Shown here one piece after another: positions 40,732-51,117 of a stretch of 64,000 nucleotides of DNA. How positions within the stretch are numbered: the first letter of the stretch is position 1; the number at the start of each line of letters is the position of its first letter. The notes below the pieces were generated by a model. That model made no database searches. It was given only the letters and a program-made list of their open reading frames with translations, and had not been told where the DNA came from. Position numbers and translations under genes: made by a program. The DNA is from an uncultured virus (IMG/VR IMGVR_UViG_3300034196_000153) (lineage: Duplodnaviria; Heunggongvirae; Uroviricota; Caudoviricetes): the IMG/VR virus record IMGVR_UViG_3300034196_000153; one strand, given 5' to 3'.

Positions 40732-42189
40732 ATGTCTAAAATATCAACTGATGATTGCAAAGACTTCTTGATGAAGACTTACCCTGACAGTAACCGGACT
40801 AAATGGAAACGTGTGAGTAAGTATAAAGACGATCATGGTCTGGTCTGTCGAGATTTTAATAACCCTACAGTGGGTGATGTAACACTTATTGAAGTGAATG
40901 ACACACTAGAACTCAAACAATCAGTCGCTGTTGATGTTGCACCAGTCACGATTAAAGACAATACGATTGTTGTGAAATCCTTTTCTAAAAAAGACATGAC
41001 CGATGCAAAACGTCTTGTAAGCAAATATGTAAACAGTGATGGCGAAGAAGAAATCTCCGATGATAATAAAGGCTTTATTGCTATCCCTTCACAAGTTGTC
41101 TACCGTTTTAGTATGCTAGATGGCGATCATAAAGAAATTCTTGATTCCGTCAATGCGACTCGTGACTACAATCATAAAATGGATCGTTTTTGTTTGGAAA
41201 TCTACCCTGCACATGGCGAATACAACGAACATATGGATTATCTAATTGGTTCTTTCATGCCAGAAAATGATGGCGAAGCAATGGAATGCACGTATGAATT
41301 CAGCTATGAAGAACCTATCAGCATTAAAGAAATGGTTCAAAAAATGGCAAGTGCTGGTTTTATCTATCTTGAAGATAGTTGTTTTCTGGCTGAAACTGTT
41401 AGTCAGTTAGAATTTATGAATGAAGCTATTAACGTAGAATCGTCTTCGTTGGTTGATGTTAAATCTGCATTTGAACAAGCTATCAAAACAGATGATGGCG
41501 ATATGCTTGATGAAGCTCTTTCTAGTGGTGGCCTACTGAATTTTAAATATAAGAAAGCTATTCCTTTGGTTTATTGTATGCAAAATAACCTTGTTAATTG
41601 TTTTAAAGTTTTGGTTAAACATGAACCTAACTTAGCAAAAGGTGTTAAATATTCTGGAAACCCTGTATGGGCAGAAGCTGTTTCTGATGTCGTTCTTGGT
41701 CATTCTTTTGATTATCTAGCTTACTTACTTGAGCATGGTAAATATGATTTTAAGAAAGCTAGCCCAGTAGAGAATCAAATGCTGATGTCTGTTCTGGTTG
41801 AAAGAAACTTGTTGGATACATATAGGAATATTCTCAATGATAAAGTTCGCTCAGCCTTAACGCTACATATGATGATGGATGATCCTGACCCTTTTAGTAA
41901 TCCTAATATTGCACAAGATATTTATGATGGAATGCATAAATATGCTAAATACATGAACGAAGTTGGTTATCTTGGAGCTAGATTTAGTATGGGTATTGTG
42001 TCACCACCTATTTTAGATATGATGGTTGAAGCTAAGTTTAGAATTTATCGTGAGTCGCTTGAAGCGGATCTTGAATCTCAAATCGAATTATTTAAAACAG
42101 GTAGACGCGGTGATGGATTTACCAAAGCCCAAGTGGATGATGCCATTGCTCGTTATACAAAAGCCATTGAGAAACTTAGAAAAGGCTAG
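40732..42189 (+). CDS. Hypothetical protein with N-terminal MSK..T.DCK module and a possible ankyrin-like segment
   Basis: N-terminus matches the 47851-50130 trio; AIPLVYC..NN...CFKVLVKH looks ankyrin-like. Confidence 0.7.
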   Translation: MSKISTDDCKDFLMKTYPDSNRTKWKRVSKYKDDHGLVCRDFNNPTVGDVTLIEVNDTLELKQSVAVDVAPVTIKDNTIVVKSFSKKDMTDAKRLVSKYVNSDGEEEISDDNKGFIAIPSQVVYRFSMLDGDHKEILDSVNATRDYNHKMDRFCLEIYPAHGEYNEHMDYLIGSFMPENDGEAMECTYEFSYEEPISIKEMVQKMASAGFIYLEDSCFLAETVSQLEFMNEAINVESSSLVDVKSAFEQAIKTDDGDMLDEALSSGGLLNFKYKKAIPLVYCMQNNLVNCFKVLVKHEPNLAKGVKYSGNPVWAEAVSDVVLGHSFDYLAYLLEHGKYDFKKASPVENQMLMSVLVERNLLDTYRNILNDKVRSALTLHMMMDDPDPFSNPNIAQDIYDGMHKYAKYMNEVGYLGARFSMGIVSPPILDMMVEAKFRIYRESLEADLESQIELFKTGRRGDGFTKAQVDDAIARYTKAIEKLRKG

Positions 42190-42241
42190 CCCTTTTCTAC
42201 GGTTTATGGTATAATCATTATCACTAAAAGGGGAGTATTAT

Positions 42242-42670
42242 ATGAAAAGTGTTATTTTGTTTCTAGACTTTGATGGCGTGTTTCATCCATTGATGAGCAG
42301 TGGCCTTAAATTCGTGGATCTCCCAAATTTTGAAAATTTTATTCGTAAACATAAAGACCGTTTTGATTTTAAACTGGTGATTAGTAGCACTTGGCGTCGA
42401 GAATATACCTTATCTCAGATTTCCAAATTCTTTTCACCAGACATTGCTCTTTTGCTGGTAGGTGTTACGCCTGTTCTCAATACCATTGGTGACGGTGTTC
42501 GTTATGAAGAAGCACAACAATGGCGTGCCTTCAATGACATGACTTCGCATTGGTTTGCTCTGGATGATGACCATTACGCATGGGATCGCGTTGAACAGCT
42601 TGTTTGGTGTCATGATAAATTTCAAGAGCGTGAAATCGGTATTTTGGAAGACAAACTTAACGCACTTTAA
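42242..42670 (+). CDS. HAD-superfamily phosphatase (Swiss Army Knife RNA-repair-like HAD domain)
   Basis: LFLDFDGV, VISSTWR, GVTP, R..EA..W, ALDD. Confidence 0.85.
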   Translation: MKSVILFLDFDGVFHPLMSSGLKFVDLPNFENFIRKHKDRFDFKLVISSTWRREYTLSQISKFFSPDIALLLVGVTPVLNTIGDGVRYEEAQQWRAFNDMTSHWFALDDDHYAWDRVEQLVWCHDKFQEREIGILEDKLNAL

Positions 42671-42777
42671 CAGTTTGTAAATCCTATAAATCAATCTGTT
42701 TCAATCTTTTTGGTTGATATGTGATTGATTTTTTTTTATTTTTGTATATTATTAACTTAAATAAGGAGTTATCATCT

Positions 42778-43485
42778 ATGAGTAAAAATAAAATTAAAAT
42801 TGCTTTATCACTAACAGCCGTAGTTGTTGTTATACTTGGATATTTTTTATTCAATCAAGTGATTAAACCAGATACTATCATTAAAGATGATGTTGCAGCT
42901 ACACAAGATTTATTTAAACACATTGATGAACATATGACGTGGAATTTGGATAATGTATACATGACATTAGAGCCTACTGGATATGTTGACATTTTTAATA
43001 CTGTAGTTACCACTGTTGGCTTGCAACGACCTGAATTCCCTGCACTTAATGCAGATACTATCAATTATTATCGTGATAATTATAGGAGTCCCGATTCAGT
43101 CCCTTTTAATGTAAAGCCAGAATATGCTGATCGATTTAAACGAGAAAAATCCCAGATTTCCATGAGTTATGTTATTAACTTTGACCAGAGTAAAGTCGAT
43201 AATGTTTATTTGGTTAGAAAAATAGATCATGAAGATTATTTTAGTTTCAATGCCCATGCAACATTGAGTCATATTATTTTCAATTTGAACAAACAGCAAA
43301 ATATTAAACCAGCAACCAGTCTTCGTCTTGAATTAACGCCTATCAAAATGAAAAATGGTGAAGCCTATCATTATTTTGCAAAAGAATCAGACATCAACAC
43401 ACTTGTTGCTTATGATACTTGTAAGGACACACTAGATTGTCTCTATATATCACGATATAAATCAACCATTCCACGACCACTTTAA
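42778..43485 (+). CDS. Membrane-anchored hypothetical protein
   Basis: AAGGAG RBS; N-terminal TM helix. Confidence 0.7.
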   Translation: MSKNKIKIALSLTAVVVVILGYFLFNQVIKPDTIIKDDVAATQDLFKHIDEHMTWNLDNVYMTLEPTGYVDIFNTVVTTVGLQRPEFPALNADTINYYRDNYRSPDSVPFNVKPEYADRFKREKSQISMSYVINFDQSKVDNVYLVRKIDHEDYFSFNAHATLSHIIFNLNKQQNIKPATSLRLELTPIKMKNGEAYHYFAKESDINTLVAYDTCKDTLDCLYISRYKSTIPRPL

Positions 43486-43563
43486 ACGGCTTAGGCCGTT
43501 TTTTGTTATCTTGCGATTTTTAAATCTTTCTGATATACTCTTGGATGGCTTAGGAGACTTATT

Positions 43564-44025
43564 ATGATTAAAAAAGAATGTGTATTATTTTTGGACTTTG
43601 ATGGAGTTCTCCATTTCTTTTTCCCAGAAGAAAATAGTACCGATGAAGAAAATCAGTTTTTCTATTTTATCCCACAGTTTGAACGCTTTATCAGAGCTTT
43701 TTCTGACAGGGTTAACTTTAAAATTGTGATTTCTAGCACTTGGCGTGACAACAAAACGTTTAATCAACTTAAAGCACCTTTTTCAAAAGATATTCAAGAA
43801 ATGATTGTAGGTGTTACTCCCAATCATTATGATAACAGTGAAGGTAGCCGTTTACGTGAAGCCCAAGAATGGTTAATGGTTAATCAATATAATGGTTCGT
43901 GGATAGCGATTGACGATAATGCTAATATTTGGTATAATGCCCCTGAGTTATTTTTGTGCGAGAATGGTCTTAACCAATCTGTTATTGACGATTTTATTGC
44001 TCGCTTTGACCTATTAAGGAGTTAA
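43564..44025 (+). CDS. HAD-superfamily phosphatase (RNA-repair-like), paralog of 42242
   Basis: LFLDFDGVLH, VISSTWR, GVTP, AIDD. Confidence 0.85.
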   Translation: MIKKECVLFLDFDGVLHFFFPEENSTDEENQFFYFIPQFERFIRAFSDRVNFKIVISSTWRDNKTFNQLKAPFSKDIQEMIVGVTPNHYDNSEGSRLREAQEWLMVNQYNGSWIAIDDNANIWYNAPELFLCENGLNQSVIDDFIARFDLLRS

Positions 44026-44028
44026 TCT

Positions 44029-44502
44029 ATGAAGCGTAACATTCTATGTGTAACAGAATTTGAAACTGTAGAAAACTGCTATCGCTCGTTTAGTATTGAT
44101 TTGTTGGCTACACCTAAAAACTTTGTGCTTCGTCAATTTATTGGTTCGGAATATAATACATTTCGTGTCATTAACCGTGAAGACAGTGACATGATTGAAT
44201 TGCGTTCACCCACACTGGGTTCGTCTTATATTGATAAAAAAGCTTTGCGAGTTGCATTTGATTTAAACAAACATATTGTTATGTCTTTAAAAAATAGCAA
44301 AAATAAGGTTGTTATTCCTAAACCTAATTTGGAATGGTTGTTTAGCACGGGTCGTGAAGATATTAAGTGGAATCCTGTTTATGAAAAAATGGGTCAATTC
44401 GACTTAGAATTTGAAGACAAATTTCAATCCGATTTCAGCATCGCTCAAATTGCCTATTTCAAACATCCCCAAATTAACTATATGGATGTTTTTCCATTCT
44501 AA
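44029..44502 (+). CDS. Hypothetical protein
   Basis: AAGGAG RBS. Confidence 0.65.
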   Translation: MKRNILCVTEFETVENCYRSFSIDLLATPKNFVLRQFIGSEYNTFRVINREDSDMIELRSPTLGSSYIDKKALRVAFDLNKHIVMSLKNSKNKVVIPKPNLEWLFSTGREDIKWNPVYEKMGQFDLEFEDKFQSDFSIAQIAYFKHPQINYMDVFPF

Positions 44503-44514
44503 GAGGATTTAATC

Positions 44515-45444
44515 ATGAATATTAATACCAAGAAAAGTTTTGATGGAAAACAAGATAGACTGACCCACATTGCCAATCAGGCTAATCACAATGATGTGAT
44601 TCTATCACTGTTTTTCAGTGCTCGAAATCTATCTATTTCCAATGCTCTTTATCAAATTGAAACCTATCTTGGTAAACTAGGATTTGATGTTCGTGCTGAA
44701 TGGAAGGAAAGTAGCTTCAGTCATCCGCTTATTTATATTTATTACAATAATAAGAATAAACATCATCAGTATTCTTGCGAATTGAAACGCAGTAAAGAAG
44801 GCGGCTGGGATTCTCATCGTTCAAGTTCTATCATGTATAAACTCGATAGAATTACTTCTACTGAATACACTCCTTATCAAATCAGTTCTCATATTCTTGC
44901 ATTGCAGCACGCTTTGGCGAGTCAGTCATTCTTTGATATGGTTAATGGTTTAGTCAATGCTTGTAATTACCCCTTTGGTGATACTATTACCAGTTATGAT
45001 GATAAAATTACAGCACTCAATGCACTTGAAAATGGTCGAGGCACTGATAATCTCGCTGATTTGTTTGAAATGAACCGTAAATATTCAGTGTATAACCTGT
45101 TGCGAGAAATCAAACGAGAATTCAGTTGTAATGGATTTAAGGTCATTGTTCACGATCCTGACCTCTCTACTGATACGCCTTTTATTACCGTTGAGTTGCT
45201 TAAACCTAATGCGACCTTTGATATTAAAGTTCATCGTATTAAAGTTGATGAAATTCCAGACGGAATCAGCCCATACATGTATAAGTTTGGTTATGCTTGC
45301 AATATGAGTAGTTCCAAGTCAAAAGCACGCCATTTGGCCGATTTTCAGGTGTATACATTACTATCGCCTTTTGAAGACAAAATGGATGAACTGGTCAATG
45401 GACTCAACTACCCTTTCAGTTATGAAAGTCAGTCGTCATTCTAA
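44515..45444 (+). CDS. Hypothetical protein with apparent internal duplication
   Basis: Two halves end LVNACNYPF and LVNGLNYPF. Confidence 0.65.
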   Translation: MNINTKKSFDGKQDRLTHIANQANHNDVILSLFFSARNLSISNALYQIETYLGKLGFDVRAEWKESSFSHPLIYIYYNNKNKHHQYSCELKRSKEGGWDSHRSSSIMYKLDRITSTEYTPYQISSHILALQHALASQSFFDMVNGLVNACNYPFGDTITSYDDKITALNALENGRGTDNLADLFEMNRKYSVYNLLREIKREFSCNGFKVIVHDPDLSTDTPFITVELLKPNATFDIKVHRIKVDEIPDGISPYMYKFGYACNMSSSKSKARHLADFQVYTLLSPFEDKMDELVNGLNYPFSYESQSSF

Positions 45445-45458
45445 GGTCTTTAAATTAT

Positions 45459-46028
45459 ATGCGATTATTAGAGAGGCAAACAGTTTTAAAAGCTATTGAT
45501 GCAGCTCGTATCATCAATAAAGAGATAGAAGTCATTGATTTGACCTTAGATAATCCATATGTTTGTGGAACATGTAATTATAATGGTATTATTATGATTG
45601 GTCCAAAAGTTATTGAATTTCATTATTCCATCTTTCACAAGATTTTTCCTTACATTTTTGAATTGCATTCAATGACTGATTTTGAACATGAGACTTGGCG
45701 AGCTTTAATGGCTATTTGTTTCATTAAAGGTTTTAATATTAAAATACGAAGTAGTAATAACTTTTTCAGTGTTCTTGAAATAGAATCTGGTCATTATTTA
45801 AGCTTGACATTTGAAGGCTGCAAAGATGATATTTCTCAAGTTCAGAAAATAATTGGTTATGATGAAGTGGGTTATTATCAACATGAATGTTCAAGTCACA
45901 AACATTTAGTTAACTGCTTTTTGTTACCTATTCTTAATAGAGAAGCTAATGAATTCCATATTTCGTTTAAGACTATTAATGATTTAACCGATGATAATCT
46001 GCTTATGCTTTCTGCTTTGACCTTATAA
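45459..46028 (+). CDS. Hypothetical protein (degenerate MxxI-type tail)
   Basis: Ends DLTDDNLLMLSALTL. Confidence 0.6.
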   Translation: MRLLERQTVLKAIDAARIINKEIEVIDLTLDNPYVCGTCNYNGIIMIGPKVIEFHYSIFHKIFPYIFELHSMTDFEHETWRALMAICFIKGFNIKIRSSNNFFSVLEIESGHYLSLTFEGCKDDISQVQKIIGYDEVGYYQHECSSHKHLVNCFLLPILNREANEFHISFKTINDLTDDNLLMLSALTL

Positions 46029-46087
46029 TTTGTTGCATGATTAAACCTTTTATGGTATTATAGAGTCTCTTAATTAGAGGATATATT

Positions 46088-46186
46088 ATGAAAGCTAGTC
46101 AAATTACTCAGAAGTCCAAAACTGCAATGTTGTCGCTTGCTTTTATTACTCTTGTTACTGCTGTTGGTTTTACTATTGTTTCATAA
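46088..46186 (+). CDS. Small single-TM peptide, 32 aa (MKASQITQKSKTAMLSLAFITLVTAVGFTIVS)
   Basis: TTGCAT/TATTAT promoter, GAGGA RBS. Confidence 0.5.
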   Translation: MKASQITQKSKTAMLSLAFITLVTAVGFTIVS

Positions 46187-46271
46187 TGTTTCAAGATGAT
46201 GTAAATCTATTGCAACACAACCTACGTTTGATATAATTAATTAATAAATTACTAATGGAGTTTTAACTTTG

Positions 46272-47084
46272 ATGAAGAAAACAATTTCGTATGCTATGAT
46301 TTTTTCTGCAATTTTCATGGTCGGCTGTGAACAAAAAGAATACCAAACACCCACAGAGCGTGGTGTTTCGAATTCAACACCAACTCAAACACAAACTACA
46401 GCTCCTAATAGCCAAGCTTATCAGGCCGTTTCAGAGACTGCAGAAGATAAAGAATTGAAAGATATGGTTGCTAAAATGAAAGCCCAAGATCCTTCAATTG
46501 TTGACGCTTATTACAGTGTTGATGAAGCTGGTCAAAAGGTGCTTAACCTTGTGAAAGAAGAAGCCGGTGCAGCCGTTGACGCCGCAGGTAATGTGGTTGA
46601 ACAAGCAACCAGTGGTAGTGGTCTTAGTACCTTTATGTGGGCTATGGCTGGTGGTTTGACTGCCAGTGCTTTGTTTAATGCATTCAACAAGAACAAAGGT
46701 AACATGGCTGCTGTGAATAATCAGTATCGTCCGATGGATACTAAGCGTGGCACTTATTCATCGTATCAAGCACAAAAGCAATCGGCTGTGAGCAACTACC
46801 GTTCTAAGTTCACCCCAGTCAATGGTATGAACTCAAATCGTAATGCGTTGGCCCCAGCAAAAGCTCCTGTTCGTCCAACCACACCCGTGACGAATGCACC
46901 AACTAATAAATTTACACCCGTAACACCAAACTCAGCAACAGGTGCCCCGTTGTCTAAGGATGCTTACAGAACTCAGGTTGTAACTAAACCTAAGACCACT
47001 AGCTCAAGTTACCAATCAGCACAACCTGCAAAAAAGACGACTATGTTTAAACGTAGTGGTAGCATTTTCAAAAAACGTCGCTAA
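46272..47084 (+). CDS. Putative lipoprotein with Pro/Thr-rich basic tail
   Basis: Lipobox MVGC; internal hydrophobic helix; cUUCGg terminator follows. Confidence 0.7.
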   Translation: MKKTISYAMIFSAIFMVGCEQKEYQTPTERGVSNSTPTQTQTTAPNSQAYQAVSETAEDKELKDMVAKMKAQDPSIVDAYYSVDEAGQKVLNLVKEEAGAAVDAAGNVVEQATSGSGLSTFMWAMAGGLTASALFNAFNKNKGNMAAVNNQYRPMDTKRGTYSSYQAQKQSAVSNYRSKFTPVNGMNSNRNALAPAKAPVRPTTPVTNAPTNKFTPVTPNSATGAPLSKDAYRTQVVTKPKTTSSSYQSAQPAKKTTMFKRSGSIFKKRR

Positions 47085-47161
47085 AATGTAAAGATACACG
47101 AATAAAGACTTACTTCGGTAGGTCTTTTTTTTTGATTTAAAATAAAGAGGATTAATAAATA

Positions 47162-47812
47162 ATGATTAAGCTATTTTCAGTATTATGTATGGCACTACTC
47201 CCTACATCAGTCTTTGCTGGTGAATTAGAAGTGGGTGGCACTGTCCCTACCATTGTTATTAGTGAATACCAGATAGAAACCAGTAAAGAAGCTTTAAAAG
47301 AAGTGGCTCAAATGAACTATAAGACTACAACAAAGAAAAGTATGAAAGAAAACAACTACATTGTGAACAGTGAAGCCATTAGGACTTCCAATATTTTATT
47401 AGAAGCCGGTACCGACATCAAAACCGTTCTGGGTAGGTATGGAAAACTTAATAAGTTTGGACAACCCTTTGTCTATGCGGATATAGAATTGAACAATGGA
47501 AGTATGGCAATTACAGCTCATCAAGAATACAAGCTATACGAAGACAAAGAGATGCTTTTAACCTCTCACAATACGGTAGGTGCTTTGTATATTGATAAAA
47601 ACAAGTTCTTGCTCTATTCCAGTCATAATTTAAAGACTAACAATAAAGCCTTCACAGGTAAAGATGGTAAGAAGATCCCTGCCAGTGAGTTTTCAAAAGA
47701 TATGGTGTTGACTCAAACCGTTAAGACACCGGGTCCAAAAATATTGAATATGGTGTTTGAAGATAACTCTCCCAATATTATTCATGTCTTTGTTGCAGAC
47801 ATTGTGTATTGA
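47162..47812 (+). CDS. Secreted hypothetical protein
   Basis: Signal peptide ending VFA. Confidence 0.65.
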   Translation: MIKLFSVLCMALLPTSVFAGELEVGGTVPTIVISEYQIETSKEALKEVAQMNYKTTTKKSMKENNYIVNSEAIRTSNILLEAGTDIKTVLGRYGKLNKFGQPFVYADIELNNGSMAITAHQEYKLYEDKEMLLTSHNTVGALYIDKNKFLLYSSHNLKTNNKAFTGKDGKKIPASEFSKDMVLTQTVKTPGPKILNMVFEDNSPNIIHVFVADIVY

Positions 47813-47850
47813 TACAAAAAAGCCAGAAATCATCTGGCTTTTCTTTACTC

Positions 47851-48591
47851 TTATTTTAGATTTAACTTTTTCAACATACATCCATTCGTGTCAAGATATT
47901 CAGTGTTATTCTTATAAGTGAATCCATAATTCTCAAGTAAAGCTATCATATCCTTGATAGTGAGTTCTTCTGTGATCTCATTGAGACTAACTTCAAAATG
48001 GTATTCGTCTACTTTGTGAAAATACTCTGGTAATATTTCTTCTAGTATATGACTGACCAATAAGTCCGGTTCAGAGTCAACACTGTCATAAAAAATTACA
48101 CATAATGATTCTTTTCTAAACTCACCTTTTCTAATCATTGGTGTGTCTAAACCATTTACTATAAACTTAGTCATGTTGCCATATGTTTCATAAGGAAAGT
48201 AGAAACAAAACTCATTAGCCACCTTCGTTTTATTTTCAGGAGATAGCTTTGCTGTTTCTTTCATAAAAACTGAAAGTGCTTCTTCGTCATCTTCACACTC
48301 ATCTTCTTCAAGTTTTTTAATGTACTTTTTAAGAAATCTTTTCGCATTAAAGTCTTGTACACTTTCTGATTTAACTGGTTTCGTAATAATTTCATCAGCA
48401 TTGATGACTGAAAGATCCCCATTTTTGTTTTCTATGATAAAACAGTTATCATACCCTTCAATAGAGAACTCACGAATGACATCACCATTGATATCTTTAT
48501 ACTTCTTTTCTCGCTTAATTTTAACTGTTGAAGTCAATCCACGTTGTTCTTTAATAAAGTTTTTGCAATCTTCTGTAGTCACCTTACTCAT
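47851..48591 (-). CDS. Hypothetical protein, MSK.TTEDCK family, paralog 1
   Basis: NGLDTPM, K.DE..F, CML..L.LK shared. Confidence 0.8.
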   Translation of the reverse strand: MSKVTTEDCKNFIKEQRGLTSTVKIKREKKYKDINGDVIREFSIEGYDNCFIIENKNGDLSVINADEIITKPVKSESVQDFNAKRFLKKYIKKLEEDECEDDEEALSVFMKETAKLSPENKTKVANEFCFYFPYETYGNMTKFIVNGLDTPMIRKGEFRKESLCVIFYDSVDSEPDLLVSHILEEILPEYFHKVDEYHFEVSLNEITEELTIKDMIALLENYGFTYKNNTEYLDTNGCMLKKLNLK

Positions 48592-48658
48592 ATAGTGCCT
48601 CCTATTTTATTGTTTATAAGTATAGAGCAAATAAAAAGCCAGTGTTAACTGACACATC

Positions 48659-49378
48659 TTACTTTAGTTTCAATTTTGCCAACATGCACTCATTATCTTC
48701 CCAGTCAACCTCATTTTTATATTTAAATCCTAAATCTTCCAAAATTTTAATCATGTCTCGAATACTTATCTTTTTAGTTGCACTGGTTTCTTTTAACTGA
48801 TAATGGTATTCGTCCATTTTGTCTAGATAGGTTGGTATCATATCCATTAAAATATCACTGACGTATAAATCTGGATCGGAGTTAAAGCAATCCATAAATA
48901 TGAAACAAAATGATTCTAGCTCACCACTGGCGTTTGTAATCATCAGCGTGTCTAACCCATTCGTAACATAATTGAGTTCGTTATAATACGTTTCATCAGG
49001 AAAAAAGAAGGTGAATTGATTAGCGACTTGAAATTTTTGTTCTTTTGTTAATGCATTGGTCGCTTTAATAAAGTCATCCATTGAATCACCATTATTATAG
49101 TTTTCTAATGATTTGATAACTTTTTTTAGAAATTTTTTGGCATCAAACTCGTTGGTTTCAGATTTAGAATTCTCAACTACATCAGCTTCATTTACCACGG
49201 AGAGATGACCTAAGATATCTTCTTTGATTAGACACGTTTCATCATTAAATTTAAAAACACGAATAACATTGCCATTGACATCTTTATATTTTCGATCTCG
49301 CTTGATGTTGACAGTAGATGTCAATCCAAAGCGATCTTTAATGTAATTTTTGCAATCTTCTGTAGTAATTTTACTCAT
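48659..49378 (-). CDS. Hypothetical protein, MSK.TTEDCK family, paralog 2
   Basis: Start set by alignment to the paralogs. Confidence 0.8.
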   Translation of the reverse strand: MSKITTEDCKNYIKDRFGLTSTVNIKRDRKYKDVNGNVIRVFKFNDETCLIKEDILGHLSVVNEADVVENSKSETNEFDAKKFLKKVIKSLENYNNGDSMDDFIKATNALTKEQKFQVANQFTFFFPDETYYNELNYVTNGLDTLMITNASGELESFCFIFMDCFNSDPDLYVSDILMDMIPTYLDKMDEYHYQLKETSATKKISIRDMIKILEDLGFKYKNEVDWEDNECMLAKLKLK

Positions 49379-49410
49379 ATTATTTTTCCTACTGGTTAGT
49401 GTATGGTTGG

Positions 49411-50130
49411 TTATTTTAAATTGAGGTGTTTGAGCATACAATCATCTTCGTCACCATAAAACTCAGGGCAACTTTTATATGAAAAACCAAGGCTATCAAA
49501 TAATTTTATGACATCATTGATTGTCATGTCTTTATTTTGGTTGTTGGGCCTCATTTCAAAAATGTTTTCATCCACTTTTTCAAAAAACTTAGGGATGATA
49601 ACTTTTACAATTTCATCCAGATAGAGTTCAGGATCAGATTTTAAGCTGTTATGGAAGAAAATCCCATAAGTGAGTGGCCCATATTTTCCAGATCTAAACA
49701 TGGGTGTATCTAGGCCGTTTGTGACAGAATCCATATCGTTTTCGTAAACCAAAGGGAAGCAGTAGTAAAATTCGTTGGCTATTTTAACTTTGTCTTCTTT
49801 TGACAAACGTTCACCTTCTGCTATAAATTCGTCCATACTTTCAATTCCATCGTCTTCATCATCACTAAATTTTTTAAGATATTTTCTGAGGAATGCTTTG
49901 GCATTAAAGAGTTTTTCTTTTTGTTCTATCATGGTTTCACTGACCAGCGATAACTGACCTTGATTGTCTTCTTTAATAAGATAGATATCAGTCTCATTTA
50001 TTTTAAAAACACGAATGACGTCGCCATTGGCATCTTTATATTTTCTATCTCGTTTGATATTGACTGTTGTAGTTAAGCCAAAGTGTTGTTTAATGAAATT
50101 TTTGCAATCTTCTGTAGTAATTTTACTCAT
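49411..50130 (-). CDS. Hypothetical protein, MSK.TTEDCK family, paralog 3
   Basis: GGAG RBS; alignment to the paralogs. Confidence 0.8.
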   Translation of the reverse strand: MSKITTEDCKNFIKQHFGLTTTVNIKRDRKYKDANGDVIRVFKINETDIYLIKEDNQGQLSLVSETMIEQKEKLFNAKAFLRKYLKKFSDDEDDGIESMDEFIAEGERLSKEDKVKIANEFYYCFPLVYENDMDSVTNGLDTPMFRSGKYGPLTYGIFFHNSLKSDPELYLDEIVKVIIPKFFEKVDENIFEMRPNNQNKDMTINDVIKLFDSLGFSYKSCPEFYGDEDDCMLKHLNLK

Positions 50131-50255
50131 GTATTGACTCCAATTTATCAACTATCATAGCATAAAACACCACTTTTTGTCAAAATTTAATTTTATTATT
50201 TTTGTTGATGAAATTTCTATTTTGTGTTATTATTCAATATATTTTGGAGATTATT

Positions 50256-51050
50256 ATGATATTTAAAGACGTTGAACGAGAGCTAACTCAGCTTTTTTCT
50301 ACCAAATTTCCAGAGGTTAATGTTAAATTATCTAAAGTTGACTCTGATATTGATGATGCCATTATGTTTAAATCCTCTTTTGATGATGGAAATAAATTTA
50401 TAGGTTTTAAAATTCGTGATAATTCTATTATCGAAATCAACGCAAGTCATAGACATTTAGAAAATGCTCATAAATTATTTTCTCTTAATAAGGTTAAAGT
50501 TGATTCATTTAATATCATTCCAGTCTTTCTTAATCTTCTGTCAAAAAATTCTAATTTTAATAGAGTTTTTACATTGTTTAATAGCATAAATGAAAAAAAA
50601 ATATTTCGTTTCTATACAAGTGGGCGGGCTTATATATTGCCATGTATCACAGCAGATCATGGTTTTTCTCGATTAACAAGTGTCTTAGACGAAACTTATT
50701 CCCAACTTTATCTTGAAAATTCTTTTAAATTATCTCGTAATGGTAAATTTTTACCTGTTCCAATAATTCGAGTTTTCGTAGATCAAAATAATGAGCAAGT
50801 TTTTGCGTTTAATCTCTATGATCAACAAGTTTACAAGGTCAAAAAGAAATTATTCTACTTTGAAGATTTTTTTGAAGCTGCAGAGTTGTTTGATGTTGAC
50901 TATCATGGTGACATTTTAGTTGATGAGTACATTGATCATCAGGTTATCAATGGATTGATAGATGAAAAATCTATTAGAGAATCACTCATTGTGCTTCCAA
51001 GAGATCAATTGAAGAATAAAATTGATTTAATCTCAATGTACCTTATTTGA
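50256..51050 (+). CDS. Hypothetical protein, MxxI-motif family; paralog of 51982
   Basis: IRESLIVLPRD.L..K.D..SMYLI. Confidence 0.8.
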   Translation: MIFKDVERELTQLFSTKFPEVNVKLSKVDSDIDDAIMFKSSFDDGNKFIGFKIRDNSIIEINASHRHLENAHKLFSLNKVKVDSFNIIPVFLNLLSKNSNFNRVFTLFNSINEKKIFRFYTSGRAYILPCITADHGFSRLTSVLDETYSQLYLENSFKLSRNGKFLPVPIIRVFVDQNNEQVFAFNLYDQQVYKVKKKLFYFEDFFEAAELFDVDYHGDILVDEYIDHQVINGLIDEKSIRESLIVLPRDQLKNKIDLISMYLI

Positions 51051-51117
51051 TATAATTGTAATCTTGAAATATTTTTTCATCATGATAACCTTATATAATC
51101 AATAAAGGTATTATATT

